Shown here in pieces: positions 49,923-59,650 of a DNA stretch of 64,000 bases; position 1 is the stretch's first letter, and each line of letters begins with the position of its first letter. Made by a program: the position numbers and the translations under genes. The notes below the pieces were generated by a model. It searched no databases and was not told where the DNA came from. It saw nothing but the letters and a program-made list of their open reading frames with translations. The stretch is from assembly GCA_965198005.1 (NCBI GenBank), contig CBDAOI010000004.1, positions 2,112,001 to 2,176,000 of the forward strand, given 5' to 3'. This stretch comes from Spirochaetia bacterium (GTDB taxonomy: Bacteria; Spirochaetota; Spirochaetia; SZUA-6; Bin103).

Positions 49923-51287
49923 CTACCTGCCGACGAAGAACAGAATATCGCCGAAGGTCACGACCAGGGCGAGGGTCAGCAACAACGAAAATCCCAGAAC
50001 CTGAATCCGATACAGCAGCGCCGGCGGCAACTGTCGGCCACGGATCAGTTCGATCAAGTACAGCACGATATGGCCGCCGTCCAGCGCCGGCAAAGGCAGC
50101 AGGTTCATGACGCACAACACGATGCTGATCGCGCACAGCAAGCGGAAAAACTGCACCAGGCCGGTCCCGACGCCGCGCGCGAAGCCGTCCGAGGCGGCTC
50201 GACCCACGTCGTAGGTGATGCGGAGCGGCCCCGCCACGGTGGGAGCATCGCCGCCGCCGAACAGCCGGGCCAGGGCATTCACGGTGGCGCCGATCAGGCG
50301 CCCGGTGTCCTGCCCCGCACGCGCGAGCGCCGCCGCCGGCGACAGCCGGGGAGTGCGCAGCCGCGGCACGACGAAGCCGAAGCCCGGGTCGCCCCCGGCC
50401 GGTGCCGGCTCCAGCGTCACGACCTGCCGTGCGCCGTCACGTTCGACCGCCACGGCCAGCGACAACCCCTCCGCGCTCGGTCGGAAGTGCTCGAGGACGT
50501 CGATCGAGTGCCGGACCGGCGACCCGTTCACCGCCACGATCCGGTCACCGGTGCGCAACCCGTCCGCGGCCGCCGCACCTCCGAGGCGTACCTCGACCAC
50601 CGGGTCGATCCACGGGTAGACCCAGATCCGTCCGGCGCCGGTCCGGGCGTCCAACTCCGGAGTGACGTCGGTCGCCAGCAGGGTACCGTCGCGCTCGACC
50701 ATCAGCTTCAGGAGCCGTCCGGGAGCCGCTGCCACGCGCCGCCTGAGCTCCCGAAAGGTGACGACTTCGTGGCCGTCGATGCTCACGATGCGGTCGCCGG
50801 AGCGCAGGCCGGCTGCAATTGCCGGAGTCTGCGCCGGCACCGCGTCCAACGTATGGTCGGCGGCCGACACGATCCTGGTACCGGGGCTGTCGATCCGGAA
50901 CCCCGCCCACCAGATGACCGTCAGCACGAGCAGCGCGAACAGCAGATTGGCCAGCGGACCGGCGGCTATGATCAGAATTCGTTGCCACGCCGCGGCCGCG
51001 AAGAACGATCCCTGCTCGGGTCGATGCTCGCTATCGCCGAGCCGCCACTCGGAGCGCAGCGTGGCGTCGTTCTCGCCCTTCATCCGGCAATAGCCGCCGA
51101 GCGGGAACCATGAGATCTGGTAGCTGGTGCCGCGATAGTCGAAGCCGACCAGCCGCCGGCCCCACCCCAGCGAAAACACCTCGACCGTCACTCCGTTGGC
51201 CTTGGCGGCCAGAAAGTGCCCGCATTCGTGCACGAAAATCAGGATGCCGAGCCCGAGCGCTCCGAACAGAATGGTGGCCAACAACAC
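49923..51287 (-). CDS. rseP: RIP metalloprotease RseP
   Basis: HECGH, AGPLAN, two PDZ domains, NLLPLPALDGG. Confidence 0.94.
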   Translation of the reverse strand: MLLATILFGALGLGILIFVHECGHFLAAKANGVTVEVFSLGWGRRLVGFDYRGTSYQISWFPLGGYCRMKGENDATLRSEWRLGDSEHRPEQGSFFAAAAWQRILIIAAGPLANLLFALLVLTVIWWAGFRIDSPGTRIVSAADHTLDAVPAQTPAIAAGLRSGDRIVSIDGHEVVTFRELRRRVAAAPGRLLKLMVERDGTLLATDVTPELDARTGAGRIWVYPWIDPVVEVRLGGAAAADGLRTGDRIVAVNGSPVRHSIDVLEHFRPSAEGLSLAVAVERDGARQVVTLEPAPAGGDPGFGFVVPRLRTPRLSPAAALARAGQDTGRLIGATVNALARLFGGGDAPTVAGPLRITYDVGRAASDGFARGVGTGLVQFFRLLCAISIVLCVMNLLPLPALDGGHIVLYLIELIRGRQLPPALLYRIQVLGFSLLLTLALVVTFGDILFFVGR

Positions 51288-51293
51288 TTCAGA

Positions 51294-52190
51294 TCACGTC
51301 CATTCGACTGACCGCATCCAGAAGAAGAACAACGGCGCGCACAGCAGCAGCGAGTCGATCGAATCCAGCAACCCGCCGCGGCCCGGAATGATCTTCCCGG
51401 AGTCCTTGACCCGGGCCGCACGTTTGAGAGCGGACTCGATGAGGTCTCCCACCACGGCGCACACACCGATTGCAGCGCCTCCCACGGCTGCCTCTATGGT
51501 ACCGAACCGCGGAGCTCCGGGAAACAGCCGGTGCGCCACGATCAGGGCCCCGACCGACGCCATGATCCCGGCGGCAAAGCCGATCGCCGTCTTGGCAGGA
51601 CTGACCGGCAGACCAATCGCCGTGCGTCCGCGGGCGAGCTTGCCCGCCACGTACGCGCTGGTGTCATTGGCAAACACCGCTACGAAAAACGTGAGCAACA
51701 TCCAGCGCGGATCGCCGACCCCGACCAGCCGCACAATGTAGCCGATGAACAACCCGGGATAGCACCCGGCGAACAGCGTCGCACTGGCGTGCTCCAGCAC
51801 CTGGGCCAACGTGCGACTGCGGTTGGCCCGCACCACCGCCACCACCAGGACCGAAACCACGACCGCGGTCACCAGCACTCCCAGGGCGTTAGCGGGCAGC
51901 AGGTCCCAGTTCTCGAGATAGGCGACCACCGGGAATGCCCCGGCGCTGAGTCCCGCCAGCCACCAGTCACCCGCGACTTTACGGTGGGCAAACAGCCCCG
52001 CCACCTCACGTGAACCGAGCACCGCCCCCACCACGGCGCAACTGCTGAACAACAGGTACCGGTAGCCGGGAACCAGGAAGATCAGCACGTAGAAGAACGG
52101 GATGGCGGCGACCAACAGCAGAAGTCGGATCCAGAAGCGGTCCGCCTGCGGAGGCGCCGGCACGTCAACGTCGTTCACCGCCTGTCGCAT
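51294..52190 (-). CDS. cdsA: Phosphatidate cytidylyltransferase
   Basis: DTSAY, SPAKT, GDLIESALKR..VKDSG.IIPGRGGLLDSIDS; start ATG 52190 (inside repeat) or GTG 52178. Confidence 0.93.
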   Translation of the reverse strand: MRQAVNDVDVPAPPQADRFWIRLLLLVAAIPFFYVLIFLVPGYRYLLFSSCAVVGAVLGSREVAGLFAHRKVAGDWWLAGLSAGAFPVVAYLENWDLLPANALGVLVTAVVVSVLVVAVVRANRSRTLAQVLEHASATLFAGCYPGLFIGYIVRLVGVGDPRWMLLTFFVAVFANDTSAYVAGKLARGRTAIGLPVSPAKTAIGFAAGIMASVGALIVAHRLFPGAPRFGTIEAAVGGAAIGVCAVVGDLIESALKRAARVKDSGKIIPGRGGLLDSIDSLLLCAPLFFFWMRSVEWT

Positions 52191-52269
52191 TTCGACAGGC
52201 TCCTAACGCCCCGAAACCAGCCGCCTAGCGGCGCCGTCTTTCGCCTGTCGCATTTCGACAGGCTCCTAA
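52179..52269. repeat. Two identical 28-bp direct repeats, each internally palindromic
   Basis: CGCCTGTCGCATTTCGACAGGCTCCTAA at 52179-52206 and 52242-52269. Confidence 0.9.
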
Positions 52270-52832
52270 ATCTCCATTATTTCCTGTTCTTTGGCGGCGA
52301 GCAGCGTGTTGATCTGCTCGATCCGTTCATTGGTAAGCGTCTGAATCCGGTCCACCCCGCGCTTGGCGTCGTCCTCGCTCAACCCCTCTTTCTTCTGCTG
52401 CTTGACACTCTCGTTCAGGTCCCGGCGGATGTTGCGCACCGCCACCCGCGCCTGTTCCGCGGCTGCCCGTGCCTGCCGGACAATCTCTTTGCGGCGCTCC
52501 TCGGTGAGCTGCGGGATACTGATGCGGATCACCTTGCCGTCGTTGTTCGGATTGAGCGAGAGGTCGGCCTTCTGGATGGCTCGCTCGATTCCGCCCAGCA
52601 GCGCGCGATCCCACGGCTGGATGATCACCAATCGAGCTTCGGGGATCGATATGGTCGCGGTCTGGTTCAGCGGCATCCGCTGCCCGTACGCTTCGACGCG
52701 AATCCGGTCGAACATCGCCGCACTGGCGCGTCCGGTTCGAATCGTCTTGAATTCGTCCGCCAACGCGTCGATCGACTTCTGCATGCGCTGGCTGGCTGTG
52801 CTGGAGAAATCGGCCACGCTACTCTCCCTCAA
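52266..52832 (-). CDS. frr: Ribosome recycling factor
   Basis: IRTGRAS, IQPWD, LTEERRK, VRNIRRD. Confidence 0.97.
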   Translation of the reverse strand: MRESSVADFSSTASQRMQKSIDALADEFKTIRTGRASAAMFDRIRVEAYGQRMPLNQTATISIPEARLVIIQPWDRALLGGIERAIQKADLSLNPNNDGKVIRISIPQLTEERRKEIVRQARAAAEQARVAVRNIRRDLNESVKQQKKEGLSEDDAKRGVDRIQTLTNERIEQINTLLAAKEQEIMEI

Positions 52833-53680
52833 GCTTCGGCGTTCTCACCCACCCGGTAGTATACGAACTCGCGGATCGCCACGTCGGTGCCGAGCGACCG
52901 GCCAAGGTCCGCCACCACCTGCCTGACGCTACGCTTCTGCTCCTTCACGAACGGCTGTTCCAGCAAGCATACCTCCTGCAGGTGCTTGCGCAGCTTTCCC
53001 TTCACGATGCCGGCCACCACGTGCGCGGGCTTGTCCAATCCTTCCGCCTGCTTGCGAAAGATCGCCTCATGCTCGGAGAGGTACCCGGCGTCCACCCGGT
53101 CGGGGCCCAGAAACGGCGGCGCGAACGCAGCGACGTGCAACGCGAGATCGAACGCCACCCGTCCGAGGCGTTCGTCCTGCGCCTTGGCAGCGTCCGCCGC
53201 GTTCAACTTGACCAGGACACCGATCGCGCCTTCGCCGTGGACGTAATCGGCAACATGGTCACCCGGCTCCACCGCCAGGTAGCGGAAGCGGCGTACCTCG
53301 ATGTTCTCCTTGATCTTGCCGATCGCCTCGGTCATCAGGCCCCGCATGTGCTCGGTGGGGGCGTCGGGACGGCTTTCGGCCACCGCGCTCACCAACCGCT
53401 CACCGAGCTCCACGAACTGCGAATTGCGCGCCACGAAGTCGGTTTCGGTGGACAACTCGAGGATCGCGGCGGTGCCCGAACCATTGGCGAGCGAGAACAC
53501 CCGCCCCTCGGTGGTGGCACGCCCGCTGCGCTTGGCGGCGGCGGCCAGGCCCATCTCCTTGAGCCGGCGCTCGGCCGCGGCGGAGTCTCCCCCCACCTCC
53601 ACCAGGGCGCGCTTGCAGTCCATCATGCCCGCCCCGGTCTGTTCTCTGAGACGTTTTACGTCCTTCGCTGTAATTGCCAC
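52829..53680 (-). CDS. tsf: Elongation factor Ts
   Basis: LREQTGAGMMDCKRAL, ETDFVARN. Confidence 0.97.
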   Translation of the reverse strand: MAITAKDVKRLREQTGAGMMDCKRALVEVGGDSAAAERRLKEMGLAAAAKRSGRATTEGRVFSLANGSGTAAILELSTETDFVARNSQFVELGERLVSAVAESRPDAPTEHMRGLMTEAIGKIKENIEVRRFRYLAVEPGDHVADYVHGEGAIGVLVKLNAADAAKAQDERLGRVAFDLALHVAAFAPPFLGPDRVDAGYLSEHEAIFRKQAEGLDKPAHVVAGIVKGKLRKHLQEVCLLEQPFVKEQKRSVRQVVADLGRSLGTDVAIREFVYYRVGENAEA

Positions 53681-53710
53681 GTACTGCTCCCGTTCACGTG
53701 CGACCAGGTT

Positions 53711-54709
53711 TCAGCGGCCGTCATACAGGGTATCTTCGTCGATCCCCGCCTTCTCGGTGACGGTCTCGGGTTCCGACTGAGCTTCTTTCCGCCCCTGCGC
53801 CTCCGGGTTGTAGTCGGAGTAGTCCCGGTCGGTGAAGCCTCCCGCGTCAGCCAAGCCCGCGTCGCCGCCCGCCGCAGTACCGGCCATCTCGCCCAGCGGG
53901 ACCGTCTCCGTCTGCACGCTCGCCTCGCCGTACTCGTCGCCGTACTGGTCCTTGTCGATCACCCGGTTGTAGTCGTATTCCTCGCTCCGGTCCTCATCCT
54001 GGAGAGTCTCGATGACTTCGAGACCAACCTCGTTCTCGGCCTCGACCACGGCGTTGGCTACGATCTGCGTGAACAGATTGATGGCGCGAATCGCGTCGTC
54101 GTTACCCGGGATCGGCAGGTCGATCACGTTCGGATTGCAGTTGGTGTCGACGATGGCCACGACCGGGATGTTCATCTTGTTGGCCTCGGCGATGGCGATC
54201 GCCTCCTTGCGCGTGTCGACCACGAACATGACGCCCGGCAGATCCTTCATCTCCTTGATGCCGCCGAGGTTGCGTTCCAGCCGGGCCTGCTCCTTCTGCA
54301 TGCGCGAGATCTCTTTCTTGGTCATGTTCGCGAACGTACCGTCGACTTCCATCTTCTCGATTTTCTTCAATTTCAGCACCGACCGCTTGATCGTGGAGAA
54401 ATTGGTGAGCATTCCCCCCAGCCACCGGCTGTTCACGTAATACATGCTGCAGCGCTTCGCTTCCCGTTCGATTGACTGCTGCGCCTGCTTCTTGGTGCCG
54501 ACGAACAGCACGTGCTTGCCGGCGAGCACCGCCTGGCGTACCGCCTCGTACGCCTCCTTGATGGCGGTGATGGTCTTCTGGAGATCGATGATGTGGATCC
54601 CGTTGCGCTCGGCGAAGATGTACCGCGCCATACGCGGATCCCAACGCTTGGTCTGATGCCCGAAGTGGACCCCGGACTCAAGCAGATTCTTCATGGTAAC
54701 GACGGCCAA
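53711..54709 (-). CDS. rpsB: 30S ribosomal protein S2 with acidic C-terminal tail
   Basis: [28 protein letters not shown] start after GGAGG. Confidence 0.97.
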   Translation of the reverse strand: MAVVTMKNLLESGVHFGHQTKRWDPRMARYIFAERNGIHIIDLQKTITAIKEAYEAVRQAVLAGKHVLFVGTKKQAQQSIEREAKRCSMYYVNSRWLGGMLTNFSTIKRSVLKLKKIEKMEVDGTFANMTKKEISRMQKEQARLERNLGGIKEMKDLPGVMFVVDTRKEAIAIAEANKMNIPVVAIVDTNCNPNVIDLPIPGNDDAIRAINLFTQIVANAVVEAENEVGLEVIETLQDEDRSEEYDYNRVIDKDQYGDEYGEASVQTETVPLGEMAGTAAGGDAGLADAGGFTDRDYSDYNPEAQGRKEAQSEPETVTEKAGIDEDTLYDGR

Positions 54710-54756
54710 TTATTCCTCCCTGGCACCGCCATGGTCGCGTGCACGCCGCGGCGGTG

Positions 54757-55350
54757 CTACCGGAACCGGTAACCGGTCTGCGCCAACATACGATAAATCG
54801 TTTCCAGCGGCAACCCGACCACGTTGCTGTAGGAGCCGTGCACGCGCCGCACCAAAAGGCCGCCCCGGCCCTGAATGCGGTATCCGCCGGCCGCCCCGCG
54901 CCACTCGCCGGTGGCCAGATACCACTCCCGCTCGCACGGTGCAAGCGGCGCGAATTCCACCTCGGTACGCACCAGCCCGGTCACCGCCGCGCCGCCCGGC
55001 GGACACAGCGCCACCCCCGACAGCACCACGTGCGTGGTACCCGCCAGGCGGGCCAGGATGCGGGCCGCGGCGTCGCGGTCGGGCGGCTTGCCGACCAGCC
55101 GGCCGTCCAGCACGATCGCGGTGTCCGCGGCCACGATCCAGGCGGGGCGCCGGATGCGCCGCGCCACCGCGTCCGCCTTGCGCCGCGCCAGCTCCACCAC
55201 CGCCTGGCGCGGCGGCAGCGCCGCGGCCGCCGCCTCGTCCAGGTCCGGCGGGACGACCTGGACCGGCAGCGACACCGCCTCCAGCAGCCGCCGCCGCGGC
55301 GGCGACCGGGAGGCGAGCACGATGGTCGGCGAGAGTGGCGAGAGTGTCAT
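54757..55350 (-). CDS. maf: Maf family nucleoside triphosphate pyrophosphatase
   Basis: LASRSPPRR, AADT, GKP, AGGYRIQG, NVVGLP. Confidence 0.9.
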   Translation of the reverse strand: MTLSPLSPTIVLASRSPPRRRLLEAVSLPVQVVPPDLDEAAAAALPPRQAVVELARRKADAVARRIRRPAWIVAADTAIVLDGRLVGKPPDRDAAARILARLAGTTHVVLSGVALCPPGGAAVTGLVRTEVEFAPLAPCEREWYLATGEWRGAAGGYRIQGRGGLLVRRVHGSYSNVVGLPLETIYRMLAQTGYRFR

Positions 55351-55402
55351 CACTTGCACCTTCAACGGTGGATTCGTAGGATGAGAGTTACACAGAGGAG
55401 CC

Positions 55403-56368
55403 ATGAGTACCAGACCACAGATCTTCAACACCTATGCCAATCTCGAAGCGGACCTCGTGGCGCGGCTCGAGGCCGCCGGCGACGTGCGTCCGGTCGCTGC
55501 CGGCGCGCGCGCCGACGTGCTGCGTCAGCTCGCGCCGGCGCACGGCCTGTTCGGCCACGTAGCCGTGGACGCGGAGCTGCTCGACGCGGCCCCTGACCTG
55601 AAAGTCGTAGCCACCGTCAGCGTCGGCTACGACCGCATCGACGTGACCGCCGCCACCGCGCGCGGCGTGGCGGTGTGCAACACGCCCGGCGTGCTGACCG
55701 GAGCGGTGGCGGACGTGACCACGGTGCTGATCATCATGCTCGCCCGGCGCATCCTGGAGAACGAGGCGTTCGCGCGCAGCGGCGCCTGGGGGCGGCGCGA
55801 GCGGCTGCCGGGGCTGGGCGTGGACATTGCCGGCAAGACCCTCGGGGTGGTCGGGTTCGGCCGTATCGGCCGTGAGGTCGCACGCCGCATGCAGGCGTTG
55901 GGGATGCGTCCGACCTGGTACGACATCTTCGATCAGCTTCCCGCGGGCGCGCCCGACGTGCCCTACCGGCCGCTGGACCAGTTGCTGCGCGAGTCGCACT
56001 TCGTGTCCGTTCACATGGACCTCAACGACAGCTCGCGCAAGCTGATCGGCGCCCGCGAACTGGGCCTGATGCGCGGCGACGCGTACCTGATCAACACCGC
56101 CCGTGGCGGCGCGGTGGATCAGGCGGCGCTCACCGACGCCCTGCGTAGCGGCAGCATTGCCGGCGCGGGGCTGGACGTGGTCGATCCGGAGCCCCCGGCC
56201 GAAGATGAACCGCTGGTCACCCTGCCCAACGCGATCGTCCTGCCGCACATGGCCAGCGCCACGCACGAAACCCGCCGGGCGATGCGCGAGTTGGCGGTGG
56301 ACAACGTGGTGGACGTGCTGGCGGGCAGACGGCCGCGGGCGATCGTCAATCCGGAAGTGCTGGAGTGA
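55403..56368 (+). CDS. D-2-hydroxyacid dehydrogenase (glyoxylate reductase/D-glycerate DH-like)
   Basis: SVGYD, NTPGVLT, GFGRIG, INTARG, GLDV..PEP, PHMAS. Confidence 0.92.
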   Translation: MSTRPQIFNTYANLEADLVARLEAAGDVRPVAAGARADVLRQLAPAHGLFGHVAVDAELLDAAPDLKVVATVSVGYDRIDVTAATARGVAVCNTPGVLTGAVADVTTVLIIMLARRILENEAFARSGAWGRRERLPGLGVDIAGKTLGVVGFGRIGREVARRMQALGMRPTWYDIFDQLPAGAPDVPYRPLDQLLRESHFVSVHMDLNDSSRKLIGARELGLMRGDAYLINTARGGAVDQAALTDALRSGSIAGAGLDVVDPEPPAEDEPLVTLPNAIVLPHMASATHETRRAMRELAVDNVVDVLAGRRPRAIVNPEVLE

Positions 56369-56512
56369 CCGGCCGGCAACCCCGGCAACCGGCGTGCCTG
56401 GACCGGAAGCCGCATTTTCTGCAATACTCGGTCATGCACCGACACGCACCTGCACGCTGGCGGCGGCGCGCAGGTGTGGCGACCTGAAACGTGCGGCGAG
56501 GTAAACGCGACC

Positions 56513-56761
56513 ATGAACGATGTTGATCTGCAGAGCGAGCTGGAACGGCTGAGGGCCGAAAATGCGGCGTTGAAGCGTCTCCGTACCGCCGGACTGACCT
56601 TGAAGGTAAGCGGCAAGGGCGCGTTGTCCGTCTACGGCCTCGGGCGGTTCCCGGTCACACTGTACCGGGAGCAATGGGAACGGCTGCTCAACATGACCGA
56701 CGAGATCCGGAGCTTCATAAGCGAGCACGCCTCCGAGTTCAAGACCCTGGCGGACCGGTAG
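56513..56761 (+). CDS. Small conserved-looking hypothetical protein (82 aa)
   Basis: Coiled-coil N-terminus; KVSGKGALSVYGLGRFPVTLYREQW; GAGGT RBS. Confidence 0.75.
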   Translation: MNDVDLQSELERLRAENAALKRLRTAGLTLKVSGKGALSVYGLGRFPVTLYREQWERLLNMTDEIRSFISEHASEFKTLADR

Positions 56762-56771
56762 CCGGGGGTCT

Positions 56772-57572
56772 TTACCCGGTTGCGCCGATCAACTCGCGCA
56801 GCTTGGCCCCGGCGTCGTTCCAGAACTGGCGCAACACGCCGTGGTCGCCGCCCAGGGAAAAGTGGCGGACGCCCAGGTCCAGGTACGCCTGCGCCTCGTC
56901 GGGATGGGAGATCTCCGCGCGCGGCGCCACGCCCAATGCGAGTGCGCGCTCGAACACCTTGTCGCGCGCCGCCGCCACCTCGGGATGCGTGCTCCGGCCG
57001 TAGCCGGCACTGCCGTACCCGGAGCTCATCGCGAAGTCGGTGCCGCCCCATTGCACCAGGTCGACGCCCGGCACCGCCAGGATTTCCTCCAGGTTCTCCA
57101 GCGTCGGCTGCTTTTCGATCATGATCGCCACCACCACGTCCCGAATCGCCTGCAGGTACTCCGGGCTGCCGACTCCGGTGAGGGCATTGCGACGTACGGC
57201 CGCACCGTACAGTCCGCCGTCCTCGGGTGTGTCGGGACGGGCGACGCGCAGGCAGGCACGTACGTCGTCCGCCGAGCGGCAGTCGGTGAACAGCACCGAT
57301 TCGAACCCGGCGCCGATGCCACGCTGCGCCAGGAACCACTGGTGGCTCTGATCGATCTTGAACATCGACCCCATCCCGTGCAGCTCCGCGGCGCGGCAGA
57401 AGTTGTCCAGGTCGTGCATGTGGAAGGAACCATACTCGCCCACGAACTCGACGTAGTCGTAATGCCCGGTTTGTCCCGCGATCTCGACCAGGGTCGGGTC
57501 GCACACGTACAACCGCGTGCCGACGGTAATCTGGCCGGAGTTCAGCTTCCGGCGCAGGGAATTCGCTCTCAT
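56772..57572 (-). CDS. HpcH/HpaI aldolase family protein
   Basis: IMIEK, EEILAVPGVD, GGTDFAMS. Confidence 0.85.
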   Translation of the reverse strand: MRANSLRRKLNSGQITVGTRLYVCDPTLVEIAGQTGHYDYVEFVGEYGSFHMHDLDNFCRAAELHGMGSMFKIDQSHQWFLAQRGIGAGFESVLFTDCRSADDVRACLRVARPDTPEDGGLYGAAVRRNALTGVGSPEYLQAIRDVVVAIMIEKQPTLENLEEILAVPGVDLVQWGGTDFAMSSGYGSAGYGRSTHPEVAAARDKVFERALALGVAPRAEISHPDEAQAYLDLGVRHFSLGGDHGVLRQFWNDAGAKLRELIGATG

Positions 57573-57665
57573 GAAATCTCCTCGTTGGGTCGTCAGGGAT
57601 AGGACGTGACCGGTGGTAAGATAGCACGGTAGAGGGCTTGTGTGTGCGTGCCGCGGCGGCTCCGG

Positions 57666-58103
57666 TCAGTGGTGGTCGAACCGCATGCCGCGGCTGCGGC
57701 ACTGAAATCCGAGCTTCTCGTAGAACGGGACGAGCTGCCGGTCGCAGTCCAGGATCGTCTTGTAGCAGCCTGCCGCCGCCGCCCTCTGCAGCAGGTAACC
57801 GACCAGCGCGCGGCCGATCCCCCGCCCCTGCCGGTCCGCCGCCACCGCCACGTCTTCGACGTGGCCGGCCGTGCCGCCGCCGTGAATGAACTTGTGCTCG
57901 ATCAGCAGCGTCGCCGTCCCGACCACCCGGCCGTCGAGCTCCGCCACGGCCACCACGCAGTCGGGGTTGCGCTCCAGCCGCCGGAACACCGCGTGGGTCT
58001 GCTCCGGCTCGAGGCCGCTGGCCGGACGCAGCGCGTCCAGCGCCTGGAGGAACCCGTTTGCCAGATCGGCGGCCAGCAACGGCCGAATGATCACCCCGTC
58101 CAT
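57666..58103 (-). CDS. GNAT acetyltransferase, GNA1 (glucosamine-6-phosphate N-acetyltransferase)-like
   Basis: IEHKFIHGGG, GHVEDVAV, RQGRGIG, GCYKTILDC, FYEKLGF. Confidence 0.85.
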   Translation of the reverse strand: MDGVIIRPLLAADLANGFLQALDALRPASGLEPEQTHAVFRRLERNPDCVVAVAELDGRVVGTATLLIEHKFIHGGGTAGHVEDVAVAADRQGRGIGRALVGYLLQRAAAAGCYKTILDCDRQLVPFYEKLGFQCRSRGMRFDHH

Positions 58104-58239
58104 GACCGCACCGTAGCGCGATTGCGTCCGACACGTCATGCGGGGTCATGCGCAGGTCATGCGCTATCCAGGCGGGCGCAATTGGGGCACTATCGGATAA
58201 TGGCGGCTGACGCCGCGCACCCGGGACCCGTGCGCGTAC

Positions 58240-59514
58240 ATGACTGACCTGAGGCGGGCGCTGCGCCTGCTCCACCCCGACGTCCGCAAGTACCTGCTGG
58301 TCGCCGCCCTGATCGGCATCAGCTACATGGGCTTCCAGACCGTGCTGTTCAACCTGTTCCTGTTGCGGATGGGGTACGGGACCGACTTCATCGGGATCAG
58401 CAATGGCGGCATGGCGCTCGCGTTCGCGGTGTGCTCGCTGCCGGCCGGGGCGCTGGGTAACCGCTTTGGGCCGCGGCGGGTCACCATGGCCGGGGTATTC
58501 TGTCTGACCGTCGGCAGCATCCTGGTGGCGTTTGCCGGTCTGCTGCCGGGAACCGGGCGTGATCTCTGGATCGTCGCGACGCGGGTTCTGGCCGGGATCG
58601 GATTCGCCCTGCACATGGTCAACGCCTTTCCCTATCTGGTGGCGGCGACCGGACCCGCCGAGCGCCCGCACGCGTTCGCGCTGCTGACGGCGATGCCGCC
58701 GATGGCCGGGTTCGCGGGCGCCATCGTCAGCGGTCTGTTGCCCGAATGGGTGGCCGGCATGCTCGGCCTGCCGCTGACCGACCCTACCCCGTTCGCCCTC
58801 CTGCTGGCGCTGTCCGGCGTGGTCCTGGTGCCGGGGATACTGGCGCAGATGAAGACGCAGGAGCGGCCGGTAGCGCGGCCGCCGCCCCGGACCCGGGCAC
58901 GCGGCGGCGACGCGGCGCACGGCATCGTGCTGGTGATCTTGTTCCTCGGCCTGACCGCGCTGCTGCGCATGGCCGGCGAGAGCGCGGCGCGCAACTTCGT
59001 CAACGTGTACCTGGAGGTGGAGCTCGGCCAGACGCCGGCGCGCATCGGCCTGCTGGTGGCGTTCGGCCAGCTCGTCGCCGGACCGGCCGCACTGGCCGGA
59101 CCGATGGTGGCGGCGCGCACCGGCAAGGTGGCGGCGATCACGGTCTCCACGCTGATCTCGGCGGTGGGCCTGGCGGCGATGGCGGTGATTCCCCACTGGG
59201 CGGTGGCGGGCCTGGGGTTCATCCTTGCGCTCGGCACCCGTTCGATGACCCAGTCGATGGCCAGCGTGCTGCACATGGAAATCGTGCCGGCGCACTGGCG
59301 CGGCGTGACCTCGGCGGTGGTGGCGATGTCGATGGGCACCGGCTTCACGTCAATGGCGTTCGCCGGCGGCTACCTGATCCCGGCGTTCGGATTCGGCGGC
59401 CTGTACGGTCTGGCCGCCGCCGTCGTGGCCTCCAGCGCGGCGGTGTTCTGGCTCTACTTCCGCGTCCCGCGCGGCGAGTACCGGGGCGGACCGGGGGCGC
59501 GGTCGCACGGCTGA
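58240..59514 (+). CDS. MFS transporter
   Basis: About 12 TM helices; motif A variant GALGNRFGPRR. Confidence 0.88.
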   Translation: MTDLRRALRLLHPDVRKYLLVAALIGISYMGFQTVLFNLFLLRMGYGTDFIGISNGGMALAFAVCSLPAGALGNRFGPRRVTMAGVFCLTVGSILVAFAGLLPGTGRDLWIVATRVLAGIGFALHMVNAFPYLVAATGPAERPHAFALLTAMPPMAGFAGAIVSGLLPEWVAGMLGLPLTDPTPFALLLALSGVVLVPGILAQMKTQERPVARPPPRTRARGGDAAHGIVLVILFLGLTALLRMAGESAARNFVNVYLEVELGQTPARIGLLVAFGQLVAGPAALAGPMVAARTGKVAAITVSTLISAVGLAAMAVIPHWAVAGLGFILALGTRSMTQSMASVLHMEIVPAHWRGVTSAVVAMSMGTGFTSMAFAGGYLIPAFGFGGLYGLAAAVVASSAAVFWLYFRVPRGEYRGGPGARSHG

Positions 59515-59650
59515 CCGCACTGGCGGCCCGGCAGGGCGCGAACCGTGAAGTGAGCGCTCGCCCGCATGATCCGCCCGTCGGGGGGTCTTGACCGGGTCTT
59601 GACCGCCCGCCGACCGCGCCGGTACCGTGTAGGCTAAGGAGCACCCGCAC

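Noticed and set aside
52179-52269. Minimal CRISPR array (28-bp palindromic repeats, 35-bp spacer)
   Set aside because: Only two repeats, no cas genes or leader, and the spacer resembles sequence beside the recA-upstream copy, so it is part of the element
52829-52832. Absence of pyrH between tsf and frr
   Set aside because: Direct tsf-frr adjacency is normal in Borrelia and Treponema
59629-59647. DtxR/IdeR box before ferritin
   Set aside because: Only one weak half-site; no palindrome
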